Of a DNA stretch of 64,000 bases, positions 51,041 through 62,318 are shown piece after piece. The notes beneath the pieces were generated by a model that was not told where the DNA came from, did not search any database, and saw only the letters and a list, made by a program, of their open reading frames with translations. The DNA comes from Candidatus Eiseniibacteriota bacterium (GTDB lineage Bacteria > Eisenbacteria > RBG-16-71-46 > CAIMUX01 > VGJL01). The translations under genes were made by a program, and so were the position numbers. The stretch spans positions 320,001-384,000 of the forward strand of contig CAWBWI010000002.1 in assembly GCA_963792585.1 (NCBI GenBank). Direction: 5' to 3'. Positions within the stretch are counted from its first letter, which is position 1; every line of letters starts with the position of its first letter.

Positions 51041-51380
51041 CTCGACTACCCCAACGTCCGGTTCGTGCCGCTGCCGCTGGGGGAGTGCCTGCTCGAGGTG
51101 CCGATAACGCGCTCGAGCTGGCTGCCCGATCATGGGAGCGACGCCACGGGGATTGCGCCCGACCGCCCGCTCCCGCAGGATGTGGACGGCACGGAGTTCA
51201 CGGACGCTGTGCGCGCTGGCCTCGTGATTGCTTATTGATCGGTGGCGCCGCGCCCCATCGTCGGTGGATCGGATGCGCCCACATCGGCCTTCGCTTCGCG
51301 ACGGGCACGCTGTCTGGTTGGACGGGATTCTCTGCCTCTGTCTACATACCCGGCGGGAGCTCGAAGTGTCGGACTGGGCA
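51041..51380 (+). repeat. Diverged ~340-bp direct repeat, copy 1
   Basis: Aligns by eye with 52257-52592 (shared CTCGACTAC.CCAACGT, GACGCCACGGGGATTGCGCCCGA, TGTCTACATACCCGGC). Confidence 0.85.
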
Positions 51381-51467
51381 TCCACCCAGCGGGCACCGGC
51401 CTGTTCGGTGCCGAGCGAGGACTGCACCCGGGATCTGCTGGCGCGGCCGCACGAAAGCGAGGGGGCG

Positions 51468-52454
51468 ATGAACGGATTGGCGGATTTCGAGGCGCTGCGG
51501 GCCTGCGTCGAGAGCGACTACGCCGGCTGGGCGGACAAGACAGCCGGACGGTTGGCAGAGTTGGCCGCCCTGACCGAGCGCATCCGCGGCGAGCTGCGCG
51601 CGCCGCGCGAGCCAGCCGAGGCCACAGCGCTGCTGCGTGAGTGGGTCGCCTTCTTCGACGACCGGCACCTGACCGTCAAGGAGACGGCGAAGATGGCCGC
51701 CTGGCGGGCGTCGCTCGAGCGCCGGGAGCAGGCGCCGTGCCTCTGCGAAGCGCGGGCAGACACGCTCCTGCTCGTGATCCGGTCGTTCGCGTCGGAGTAC
51801 CAGGAACCGCTTGAGATGCTCCTGCATGCCTGGGCGGAACGGCTGGCCGCGGCGCGCTTCCTGATCATCGACGTGCGCCACTGCGAGGGGGGGAGCGACG
51901 CGACCGGCTGGCCGCTCGTCCCCTGGCTCTACTCGGGCCCGATCGCGCGGGTGGGCTGCGACGTGCGCGTCAGCCCAGGGAACGTCGACGCGCTCCGTGA
52001 GTACGCGGGCAGCCCCGCGCTGGCGGCGGAGGCACGCACAGCGTGCGGGCAGATCGTGGCACGGATGGAGGCGGTCGGGGGAGGCTTCGTCTGCCTCGCC
52101 CCGGACGACGAGATCCGCCTGGAGGAGGTCCGGCCGCGCCCCGAGCGCGTCGCGGTCCTGATCGGCGAACGGTGCGCCAGCGCCACTGAGGAGTTCCTCC
52201 TCCTGGCTCGTCAGAGTGCCAAGGTCTCGCTCTTCGGCACCCGCACGAGCGGCTGCCTCGACTACTCCAACGTGCGCCTCGTGCCACTCCCGTCGGGGGA
52301 GCGTCTTCTCGGGGTGCCGATAACGCGTTCGCGCCGAATGCCCGATCACGGGATCGACGCCACGGGGATTGCGCCCGATCGCCCGCTCCCGCCGGATGCG
52401 GACGACACGGAGTTCACGGACGCCGTGCGCGCTGCGCTCGCGATTCCTTGTTGA
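51468..52454 (+). CDS. S41-family peptidase
   Basis: FFDDRHL; IIDVRHCEGGSD; CASATEEF; FGTRTSG.LDY; GIAPD. Confidence 0.8.
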   Translation: MNGLADFEALRACVESDYAGWADKTAGRLAELAALTERIRGELRAPREPAEATALLREWVAFFDDRHLTVKETAKMAAWRASLERREQAPCLCEARADTLLLVIRSFASEYQEPLEMLLHAWAERLAAARFLIIDVRHCEGGSDATGWPLVPWLYSGPIARVGCDVRVSPGNVDALREYAGSPALAAEARTACGQIVARMEAVGGGFVCLAPDDEIRLEEVRPRPERVAVLIGERCASATEEFLLLARQSAKVSLFGTRTSGCLDYSNVRLVPLPSGERLLGVPITRSRRMPDHGIDATGIAPDRPLPPDADDTEFTDAVRAALAIPC

Positions 52455-52592
52455 CCTGGGGGGCCGCGTCCATCGTCCGGAGATCGGGTGCGCCCACAAC
52501 TGCCTTCGCTTTGCGACCGGCTCGCAGACTGGCTAGACGGGGTGCTTTAGTTGTGTCTACATACCCGGCTGAAGTTCGAGATGTCGGCTTGG
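52257..52592 (+). repeat. Diverged ~340-bp direct repeat, copy 2
   Basis: 3' end of the S41 gene plus ~140 bp downstream; matches 51041-51380. Confidence 0.85.
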
Positions 52593-52830
52593 CGAACAAT
52601 ACGTTTCTGGATGCCACTTGCAAGTGCCCAGGCCCTGGCGGGCTAGACCTGAATGGACGCACACCGTCCGCCGGTCTAGACTCATTGCGGCGATGTCCAG
52701 GAGACGATGCTTCGGGAGTGCCGGGCAAGATGGTCGGGTAATCGCACCGCTGCTTACGAGGCGTTCGTTGGGCGACGTCTTTCTGTCCCACCGCCAAGGT
52801 GGTTATCGACACACGAGGAGCAATTGGCGA

Positions 52831-53934
52831 ATGAGCCTTCAAGAAGAACTCGACAGGGCACGGTCCGAGATTCGCACGGATGGGTATCCAGTATCCGTCG
52901 GTGAGTGGATCAGCATCTACGAAAAGCAGGAACTCGATATCCATCCAGAGTTCCAACGTTTCTTCCGTTGGACATCCAGGCAGAAGTCGCGCCTGATCGA
53001 GTCAATCTTGCTTGGCATTCCGATTCCCCAGGTTTTTGTCGCGCAGAGACCCGATGGCGTGTGGGACGTCGTAGATGGACTGCAACGCCTTTCTACGATC
53101 TTTCAGTTCGTCGGAATCCTCCGTGACGAAAACAGCGCGACGCTTCAGCCGCTAACGCTGGAGCGCACGACATATTTGCCGTCTCTCGAGGGCCTTCGAT
53201 GGCAGGATGACGATCACCCAGATCAATCGTTGAGCAACGCCCAACGGCTTCTCATCAAGCGCGCGAAAATAGATGTGAGCATCATCCTCCGGGAAAGTGA
53301 CGAGCAGACCAAATTCGAATTGTTCCAGCGCCTGAATACTGGGGGCTCCCCACTTTCCGATCAGGAGATGCGCAACAGTCTGCTGGTCATGTTGAACCGC
53401 GACTTGTTCCGCTGGATGAAGGACCTGTCAGACGACCCACATTTCTTGGAGTGTACCGCCCTATCGGACCGGGCCGCCGATGAGCAGTACGACATGGAAC
53501 TGGTCCTGCGCTTCTTGGCACTTCGCAGCGCCGCAGAGAATCAGCTGACAAGTCTAGGTGATCTCGGTGAGTTCCTGACCGAGAAGGCACGGTCTATAGC
53601 GCTCGACAAGAGCTTCGATCGAAGAGGAGAAGAGCTCGCCTTCCGCGAGACCTTTGCGATGCTAGATAGCCAATTGGGTAACCAGAGTTTCAGACGATAT
53701 GACGCGGCATCGAGTCGTTTCTTGGGCGGCTTTTCGATTTCCGCCTTTGAGGTTGTTGCGCTCGGAGTGGGGTACAACTACAGGAGGCTTCAGGCTGCAC
53801 CTGAGGTGCTGATGGACAAGGTGAAGAGCATCTGGGGCGAGCGCGAGTTCGTTGAGAATTCCGGAGCCGGAGTCCGTGCCAGTTCCCGAATCCCCAAGAT
53901 AGTGCCATTCGGTAGGCAGCACTTCGCGGCATGA
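52831..53934 (+). CDS. DUF262 (ParB-like/GmrS) protein
   Basis: PEFQRFFRW, SRLIESILLGIPIP, VDGLQRL, LFQRLNTGG. Confidence 0.9.
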   Translation: MSLQEELDRARSEIRTDGYPVSVGEWISIYEKQELDIHPEFQRFFRWTSRQKSRLIESILLGIPIPQVFVAQRPDGVWDVVDGLQRLSTIFQFVGILRDENSATLQPLTLERTTYLPSLEGLRWQDDDHPDQSLSNAQRLLIKRAKIDVSIILRESDEQTKFELFQRLNTGGSPLSDQEMRNSLLVMLNRDLFRWMKDLSDDPHFLECTALSDRAADEQYDMELVLRFLALRSAAENQLTSLGDLGEFLTEKARSIALDKSFDRRGEELAFRETFAMLDSQLGNQSFRRYDAASSRFLGGFSISAFEVVALGVGYNYRRLQAAPEVLMDKVKSIWGEREFVENSGAGVRASSRIPKIVPFGRQHFAA

Positions 53935-54044
53935 AGATTCGGACCGAGACGATACTATGCGATATCATCGACTCCGATCTGATCTGGCGCAAGAAGGAAC
54001 TCACCCAGATCGGGTTTCTTCTCGAGGGGAGCTGTAGTCGCGAC

Positions 54045-55469
54045 GAAGGTGTGCCAAACTTAGTTGGTAAATTGAAGCGGCTCCAACCCTGTGGTTTGAT
54101 GGGGATTGCAAAGTCTCTCATCACCACAGAAGAAAGGAGCCGTCGATGGGCAGTGTCCTGCGTCGGGTTCGGAAGCGCAAGCGGTCCTTCGGGGAAGTCA
54201 CGGTGCTGCGGCGCGAGGAGTACGAGGAGCTGGAGTTGGACGCCAAGGTGGAAGCCATCCGAGGCTTGATTCCATTGGGGTTGATGCACGTCCAGGAACT
54301 GCTGGATCAGGAAGTTATGGTCCTTGCCGGCCCGCGGCGGGCGCGGGAGGACGGGGCTCCGGGGATGCGCTACGGGAGCAACCCCGGCTCGGTCCGGCTG
54401 GGCGGACAGCGGGTGCCGATCCGGGTGCCGCGCGTTCGCACCGACCGCGGCGAGATTCCCCTTCGGGGCTACCAGGCAATGCATGATTCGGGCGAAGTGA
54501 ATGACCAGTTGCTCAGGCGAGTGCTCTACGGGATTTCGTGCCGGAACTACGGGGTGGCGGCCGAGTCGATTCCGGGAGCTCTGGGCCTGTCGAGTTCCTC
54601 TGTGTCGCGGGCCTTCGTGGAGGCGAGCGCTGCGAAGCTCAAGGAGTTCCAGGAACGGGATCTGTCGAAGGATCACTACGTGGCGCTGTTCCTGGACGGC
54701 AAGAGCTTCTCCGACTCGACGCTGGTGATCGCCCTGGGAGTGACGAGCCGCGGGGAGAAGCGATTCCTGGGGTTCGTGGAGACGGACACCGAGAACGAGA
54801 AGGTTCTCACGCCTTTCCTGCGCACGCTGCTGGAGCGTGGGCTCGACATCTCCGCGGGACTGCTGGTGGTCCTGGACGGAGCCAAGGGGCTGCGGGCCGC
54901 GGTGAACCAGGCCTTCAAGAAGAAGTCTGTGGTCCATCGCTGCATGTGGCACAAGCGGGAAAACGTCGTCAGCTACCTTCCCAAGGGGGAGCAGGCGAGC
55001 TGGCGCCGGCGCCTGCAACGCGCCTACGACCGGCCGACCTACGCGGAGGCGAAGGCGGAGCTGATGAAGCTGCTCCGGGAGTTGGAGCAGCGTAACCAAT
55101 CGGCCGCTGCGAGCCTCGCGGAAGGCATGGAGGAGACGCTCACCCTGCATCGGCTCGGGGTGTTCGCGCTTCTGGGTATGTCCTTCAAGACGACGAACTG
55201 TCTGGAGTCGGCGAACGCACTGATCGAGGAGCGGTGTGCCAAGGTGGATGCCTGGAAGAACTCGAGTCAACGGCATCGGTGGCTTGCAGCGGCGTTGCTG
55301 GACATCGAGCCCCGGTGGCGACGGGTGCGAGGCTACCAGCATCTGCCGAAGCTCGAGGCCGCGATCGCACGAGCACTCAAGATCAAGGTCGCACCCCTCC
55401 GTGAGAAGAGGGCCGCATGAATGTTCAACACGAGCCGCCATGTTTATCAACTAAGAATGGGCTTGACTC
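54045..55469 (+). mobile_element. IS256-family element, 1425 bp, 8-bp target duplication
   Basis: GTCGCGAC at 54037-54044 and 55470-55477; imperfect IRs sharing GA..CTTAGTTG.TAAA. Confidence 0.92.
54146..55420 (+). CDS. IS256-family transposase
   Basis: VPRVR, LFLDG, LDGAKGL, RCMWHKREN, TTNCLES. Confidence 0.95.
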   Translation: MGSVLRRVRKRKRSFGEVTVLRREEYEELELDAKVEAIRGLIPLGLMHVQELLDQEVMVLAGPRRAREDGAPGMRYGSNPGSVRLGGQRVPIRVPRVRTDRGEIPLRGYQAMHDSGEVNDQLLRRVLYGISCRNYGVAAESIPGALGLSSSSVSRAFVEASAAKLKEFQERDLSKDHYVALFLDGKSFSDSTLVIALGVTSRGEKRFLGFVETDTENEKVLTPFLRTLLERGLDISAGLLVVLDGAKGLRAAVNQAFKKKSVVHRCMWHKRENVVSYLPKGEQASWRRRLQRAYDRPTYAEAKAELMKLLRELEQRNQSAAASLAEGMEETLTLHRLGVFALLGMSFKTTNCLESANALIEERCAKVDAWKNSSQRHRWLAAALLDIEPRWRRVRGYQHLPKLEAAIARALKIKVAPLREKRAA

Positions 55470-56610
55470 GTCGCGACGATCGGCGGGCGGCCTTGCTTCG
55501 GGCAGCGATGGCGCTTCTTTATGCACATTGGGAGGGGTTTATCAAGACGGCCGGGACTGCGTACGTGGAATTCGTCGCGGCCCAGCGGCTTCGGCTCGAC
55601 GAGCTTGCGCCAAACTTCCTCGCGCTCGCGAGCCGGAGGGCGCTAATGGCGGCCACAGGTGCGAGGCGAATTCACGCACACATAGAGCTGACTAAACTGT
55701 TTCGCTGTGGTTTGCACGAAGTAAGTTCCATGCCTCATCAGCACGCTGTCAATACACGAGCAAACCTCTCGTCCGAAGCGCTTCGGGATGTTATGGACAC
55801 GCTGGGTCTCGATTACAGCCCGTTTGCAACAAAGGGCCAGTTGATAGACGAGACTCTACTGGCTTCAAGAAACACCATCGCGCACGGGGAGTACCTTACG
55901 ATCACGGAGTCCACGTACCGCGATACTCACAAGGAGGTGCTCCGGATGATGGAGACGTTTCGGACCCTCGTTCAGAATGCCGCCAATTCCGGCGGGTATA
56001 GGGGCCCGACTCCTGCAACGAGTGGCTGAGCGGAGACTAATGACGAGGTGGGCCGGCTGGGCGTGCCAGTCCGCGGTCGGCGCCTTCAGAGAATTGGTGC
56101 GTTGACGCTCCCCCGGAACTGTTCGAAGCGTGGGATCGGGTCGCGGTAGGAACCGTTGCGTTAACCGCGAGAGTTGTGTTGAGGAGAGAATCCGAGAGTT
56201 TTCGGACCTCTCTTTGGGGCTCGGGGGGAACCATGACGTTTCCCACGGGACCCCGGTCGCTCTCGCTCGAACTAGAGTCTCCGGGCCGCCCGGCCCGACC
56301 GGCGCAGGCGCCCGCGCCAACAGGCGCTTAGCGAGAAACCCCGCGACTTCTCGGCCCCGAGGTTCTCCACTAGCAAGAACGCCGCGATGAGTTCGCGGCG
56401 TTCGATTGGCTCCCCATAGGGAACCCTCTTCGGAACGAGCAGAAAAGCGTCGCCGCATGTTTGGCCTAGGGTCTAGGGTTCTGCCCGCATTAGAAGGTCT
56501 GGTTCCAAGAGATGATCGGCCGAATCCCTCGGGCCTCTCCAGGTTCAAGCCTATGCCCTGCCAGGATCCACATCACACCAAAAGTCCACACCAAATCTTG
56601 GTGTCCAAGG

Positions 56611-57039
56611 CTAGCTGGGCACAGTCAATGTGATATGAGTACCTGACACCAACAAGACCACCCACACTCCAACAATCAATAATCCAAACGCCGCTGCGGT
56701 TCCCCCCAGGTCCGACTTCTTCCGCCCAATCTCGGAAATCTGCACGAGCGGAATTCGAGTCGTCGTATCCGGCACCGACACGGAACGAACATGACGAAAT
56801 GCACCAGACACAACGATGATAGGATCTGGACGACATTCAATTCCCTCGAAGAGACACTCCAGTCGCTCGCCATCTATCAGCGAGATTCTGATGCGGTCCT
56901 TACGCACGAGACCATTGATCTTGCACTTGCTATCACTGGGCTGTTCATGGCCAGGGCCATACAGCGTTCGCTCTCCAGTGCAATCAACGGCCCCGCAAAA
57001 CACCAGCCCCAATATGGCCATGAGTATTACACGCATCCG
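56611..57039 (-). CDS. Small hypothetical exported/membrane protein
   Basis: Hydrophobic N- and C-terminal segments; RIPLVQISEI; start uncertain. Confidence 0.5.
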   Translation of the reverse strand, partial: RMRVILMAILGLVFCGAVDCTGERTLYGPGHEQPSDSKCKINGLVRKDRIRISLIDGERLECLFEGIECRPDPIIVVSGAFRHVRSVSVPDTTTRIPLVQISEIGRKKSDLGGTAAAFGLLIVGVWVVLLVSGTHITLTVPS

Positions 57040-57229
57040 AAGCCCGGGCGAGTAAGCTTGCTCACTCACTGCCAACGAGGATCACCCTTGGCTTCCCCAC
57101 ATCCATGCGGCTCCGTCACCATGAGAATATGCCCTTCCGAACGGATTCACTCCCTTGCTTCTCTACCCCTTCTCAAGGCTTTCCAATGTCGTCACAGTCC
57201 AAGGCTGCCATTGTTGATAGCGTACATTC

Positions 57230-57919
57230 CTAACGATATAACAGACGAAGTCGTCCCCAAGAAAGTGGCATCAGGGGAGTTGGAGATTCGAACGAACTCA
57301 GTTGATACGTGTCCGAGGTTATATACTGCACGCGTCCGATACCGTCCGTCCACCAATCCGTGCTCGCGTCAGGTCTCCGGGAGCGAGCATCTCGAACCAC
57401 ACCATCGAAGCTCACGGATTCAAACCCAGACGGAAGGTCCGGCCCCACATCAGGTAGTCCGATACCAAATGCCTCGTACGTCCCCGCCGGAACCGTCACG
57501 ACGCCATCCTGATAAACTTCGAAACCAGCCCGATAATGGCCAACATAGGTCGTGCCTGGAAGAGCGTACAAGTCGAACTCCGAACTCCATGTCATGCCGA
57601 CATGCAGCGGGGGAGCAACCAGGGTAATGGGAGGGTAGTAAAGATACCCAAATCCTTCGACAGATCTGAAGAATCCCCAAATCATGACTGAGCCATCCGA
57701 ATCCGTGGTGTAGTAACTTGCAAGCCCCTCGTTTTGGGTGCTGTCATGATACTCGAGCACAGAGGTTTCCACGCCCCACCACGCCATTAGCCCTGCGACT
57801 AGCACCGTCTCATTCTCTCCGGCCAACCCACTATACGCCCAAGTCGTTCCAGCATCCAGCGGGAGATAGGTCTCGCCCCTTGAACGAGATGACAAACCAA
57901 ACACGCAATTCAACAGCAT
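57230..57919 (-). CDS. Secreted protein with C-terminal SWGRLRLLYR motif
   Basis: YLPLDAGTTWAY, VTVPAGTY, WWTDGIGRV; terminal SWG motif; start uncertain. Confidence 0.7.
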   Translation of the reverse strand: MLLNCVFGLSSRSRGETYLPLDAGTTWAYSGLAGENETVLVAGLMAWWGVETSVLEYHDSTQNEGLASYYTTDSDGSVMIWGFFRSVEGFGYLYYPPITLVAPPLHVGMTWSSEFDLYALPGTTYVGHYRAGFEVYQDGVVTVPAGTYEAFGIGLPDVGPDLPSGFESVSFDGVVRDARSRRPDASTDWWTDGIGRVQYITSDTYQLSSFESPTPLMPLSWGRLRLLYR

Positions 57920-58273
57920 CCACACCGCAAGGACGAATTGACCGCACCAACCCCTAGATGGCCAGGGACAACCTAGGACACGATCCAGCCTCCTATCAGA
58001 TTGGGTCACGCTCAGATGAAACCACAGGAGACCGCGACATCGGCGCACAGGTAGTGAGCATTCCATGACGCAAGTCATCCTCTCGTCAATCCAAAATCCG
58101 TGTGGGCCTTCGCCCCTCTCTCGGATGTCCACAGAGAGTATATCACAGCCGACGGCAAACGCTCCAACACCCAGTTGTCGTTCAGCAGTGCGCACGGCCG
58201 GCCAGATGGGATTCGGAAATCTCATGGGGCCAGGAGGTCCGGCAGGCCAGCCATCCGCTCAGCTGGGCATCCC

Positions 58274-61045
58274 TTATCTAACGAGCACCACACGCCGCGC
58301 CATCCGCCCCGTCCCCTTCCCCTCAATTGCAGCGTAGTAGATTCCAGATCCCACTCTCATCCCCCTATCATCACGGCAATCCCAATCAAATGACCACACC
58401 CCGGGCTCAAGATCGACGCGACGCACTAACCTCCCGGCCACATCGTAGATGGCAAGGCCAGCATTCGTCTCTCTCGCTACCCATCCCTCCATCCGAACGC
58501 CGCCACCATTAACAACCGATCCGAATACGCGAAAAGACGGAATACCCGTCAGGGTGGCCTCCTCAGCCGATGCGGATTGGCAATCCCCAGATATGTCTGC
58601 GTGGAGGTCGAATGCATCCGGCGCATTCTCGTGTCCGCCCCCGTAAACAGCTAGGCGGATCGATCCAGATCCGCTTATCCGGCTGTAGCTGAAGACGTAC
58701 TTCCCGTTCACCGGCATACCTAGGTTAATCGCATAGCAACCGTCACCGCAACTCGTCGATCCTTCAACCACAACGTTTCCGCTCACCCTGATCACTTTCG
58801 CCATGCCTGACTCCCCAAATTGCGCAGGAACATTAAACGCAATCGCCTCTCGGCTACCATCCCCGCACATCCTGAACCGCCCAAGGTAGTCGCCCCAAAG
58901 GGGGGTGTCGAAGAACCCTATCGAAACGGTGGCAGGGGGCTCATTTCCCCAGCGCTGCTCCTGCGGATCCAAATGACATAGCATCCAATTGTGCTCCGTT
59001 TCTTCGTTCGTCGGAGCGGTTGGTGAACTCGTATGCGTATTGCCAATCCCGGTCGCTCCCAAAATGCCGCAGATCTGGCTCGGACAACCTTCCGGACATT
59101 CATCTCGCCCCTTCCCGAAATGACCTACAAATCTCAAGAACTCCTGTGGTCCCTCATTGTGGCCAGCCCAGTCACATCCATGCGCATCAAGTGCCGTGAC
59201 ATACTCGCCCATCGGCGTCAGCGTGTTGTAGTTGAAGAATGCGTGACTCCCAATCGGATTTCCAGTAATGTTATAGTCCACAAAGTCCCACCGTCTGAAG
59301 TCGCAATCTCCGCCAGGGGGGTCCGCAATAATCTTGTATCGTTCAGCGTAGCGGTTGTAGCTCGCATGTGAATTCGCGGCGAGCCACACATGAAGGTGCG
59401 TATGTCCCTCATCGAAACCCTGCTGCATCTGCCAGTAGGTCGACTCATTCGTTGTAGACCACCAGCAGTCGTCACTTCCTATAACCTCGCCACCATTGTG
59501 CTGGTAGAAGTTGACCACGGTTGGAACCCACTTATTGTTGCTCTGAACGGCGTAGAGGGAAACATGTTCCCAGTCGCCTTCGTGGTAACCGAGACCCCAT
59601 TGGTCACTGGTGTCGTTTGAGTTGAACCAATACCAGTACTGCACAACGACACCCTCTGCATAGGGGTAGACGTGGTAATAGATCGGCTGAACTGTTGAAC
59701 CAGATGCGTGAATGTAATTGTTGTCGACATTCAGTACCCAGAAGAACACCGCGTCATCCCGGTACCCGAAGCTGTCATAAGCACAGTTGTTGCCAGTCAC
59801 ATGGAGTGGTACGGCCGGATAATCAGGGCCATAGATGCGTTGACCACCGATGTTGAAGGCTTCAAGACTCGCATGCTCCGTGATCGTCTCTTCCACATCG
59901 CCCAGTCCTTGTTGACTTTCCAAGTACCCATGTTTGTGCAAGACGGGCGAGAAGCGGCTGGCGAGTTGCGACTCCCGCGTAGCGTAGATGACATGCGTAA
60001 TATCGCCGGTGCCAGGTTGCCACCGCACGATTATGGCGCCGTCGGCGGTCTCTGGGGCGAGCCAGCCAGCGTGGGTATGTTCCCACCAGCAGGGTGGGTC
60101 ATCTCCATCAAAGTAGCAGGGTACATAATCGCGCACGGTCATTTGCGCTAGTCCGCTTCCGTCTGTGGTGAGGTGCCAAGGCTGATTGACGACCGATTCT
60201 TGGCATGGTTCGGTACAACCCGGCTCAGCGTTGCAGCATCGTGTCTCATTTCTTTGCTGTGTGATTGTCAGGCCGACTCCGGCCAGAGCGGCACCGGTTT
60301 CGGAATCTAGGACCCTGGCCTTATACGTAATCCACAGGGGTGGGTAGGCTGGCGAGTCGTCTGAGCCGCCCTCTCCTCCATCTGTTGAGGAGTCGCCGCC
60401 GTCCTGATCCATCACCGCATTTGCGGGGCAACTGTTCTGACCCGAAGCACCCCAGCGGGCAGTTCCGAATCCCGCCACGGGATCCTCTTCGGGCGGATCA
60501 CCACCGTCCACAAACACCGCAATGTCAGTTGTGGGATACGTCCTCGTCCCGATGTACGCCCCCTCAAACCCATATGCGGCGAACCATTAGAAGGGGAAGA
60601 GCAGATCCGTCTTCGCTGTCGACCCGAATGACAGTAGGTTCCCGAAACCCGTCTCCGGCCATCCGGTGTCAGGCAGTTCCAACCCTCCGCACTTTTCGTA
60701 CCGCTCGAAATACCCCTCGTTCGCCGGCAGGTTGTGCTCGATCCCGAACTGGATCGCTGTGACGGCTGGCGACGAGGTGTCGGGGAATGCCGCTAGCAGC
60801 CAGATCACAGCCGGCGTGTCCTCGTCCTTGTCGGTCCTCGTGATTGCGGCCTCGCACGACGCGGGCAAGAAGCTGGTGGCGCAGTAGTCGTCAGTTCCAG
60901 TGTAGGTCACGGTGTCGTCCGTGTGAACGATCAGAGCGCCGTTGGCGTTCCGGCCGGCAATCGCGAGATGGGTGCTCATCAGCGACAAAAGCACGATCGG
61001 GACCAGAATTCTCAACGGGTCTGGGTACGACGGTACGGGTCTCAT
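58274..61045 (-). pseudogene. Large secreted protein (GxNAxGxLIVH N-domain, Vps62/NPP1-like domain, FlgD-Ig-type tail) with an in-frame TAA at 60587-60589
   Basis: Two ORFs in the same frame separated by one stop (FPF*WFAAY); QYWYWF..HEGDWE..SHASY; IYDVAGRLVR..WDCRDDRG..GSGIYY. Confidence 0.75.
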
Positions 61046-61508
61046 GCGGGCGGCCTCCTTCATTCCACGACATGGTAGGTGCGCCGGGTTGTCCCCGGGA
61101 TCGCAGGAGCGAGGTTTGCTTGGATGATGATCGACCGTTTCTGCGGGGGTGGCTTGAAGGCACTGCGAGATATGAACGCGCCTTCGTCCTCTCGGACGAG
61201 GGGCGCACCCCGCGGCATAGCCATGTTTGCGGCTTTCATTGCGGCCCCAGGTTCTCAACCTCGCATCTTCGCGTATTCGGTGATCGCCGTAGCCCCACAG
61301 CGACCAGCTCTGGAGAAGTCGCGAGTAGGATAGGTCAGATCAGGTGGGTCGTCCAACGGGATGTCGGAATGCCAGGGATACGGGGATCTTATGGGGTATC
61401 GCGTGCAGGCGAATGCGACGCCGGTCGTCGCTTCGGGAGCTGAGAGAGAAGGAAATCCGAGTTACCGCACGCGTGCACAATTTCAGGGCATTCGGCCACT
61501 GCGTTGCC

Positions 61509-61680
61509 CTATTCCTGAATCTCCAGCACCCCCCGCCCGTTCTCCTTCGTCCCGATGCCGCTCAGGATCGTGCGCAGCGCGTGGAGCGTCTTCCCCCGCT
61601 TCCCGATGACCTTGCCGAGATCGCTCTCGCCAACTCGCAGCTCGCAGACCCGTCGTGGAGCAACCACGCCGTTGGCCCAG
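61509..61680 (-). pseudogene. KhpA-like KH-domain fragment
   Basis: ELRVGESDLGKVIGKRGKTLHALRTIL..VLEIQE; N-terminus not recognisable. Confidence 0.65.
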
Positions 61681-62318
61681 ACCTGGCCGAGGGCTCGACG
61701 AAGCGCTGGGCGCATCGGCCCCATCGGCCCACTCCCAGTCTGGTGAGTGTCCGTCGCTACGGGGTCCGATGATCAGATGGCGGAAGTCCGTTTCGAAGGA
61801 AAGATGTCGGCTCATGCATGAGGGTTCACATGTCCCAAGCCGGTCTGGATTTCGGGGCCACCCGAAACGCCTCCGAGTCTTGGGCATTTCGGATGCCAAT
61901 ATATACTGACCCCGGATGTCCGGTATATGGATTCGGAGCGATCATAGACCACGCGTTCCGAGAGCTCACCCTCACGATGCCAAGCCGATGAGTGCAGACT
62001 GTCCCAAACTCCTGCCATTCAGAGGCATCTCTGGTGTCATACGCAGCACTCGGCTCACCTTCCTCCGATGGGGAAGTGCCGCCGCCATCTCTTGTCACCG
62101 AAGAAAGTTCCGGAAATAGCCACTCTCCGAGTGTCAATAGTTGCGCGCGCGTGAGACCTCGCAGGGTGTAGCCGGGCATGGGACGGCATCGGGTAGGCTT
62201 CCCAATCCGCCTCTCGGCCGCCTAGGTTGATCTGAGTCGGTGAGACCGCTCATGTTGACCACGTCCACTGCTGGGAATCGGACCTGATGGCCCCCCATTG
62301 ACGATCTCCGCGACGGCG

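Larger units (their letters stand above)
53931..56029 (+). pseudogene. MAE_28990/MAE_18760-like HEPN gene interrupted by IS256
   Basis: MKIRT..DLIWRKKEL (53931-54044) joins in frame to 55478-56029: LLYAHWEGFIK, NTRANL, RNTIAHG; restored length 221 aa. Confidence 0.88.

Noticed and set aside
56314..56385. attC-like imperfect hairpin (GCCAAC..GAGAAACC/GGTTCTC)
   Set aside because: No matching GTTRRRY end, no integrase and no repeated copies seen
61826..62179. 117-aa minus-strand ORF
   Set aside because: No recognisable motif; cannot be supported as a gene
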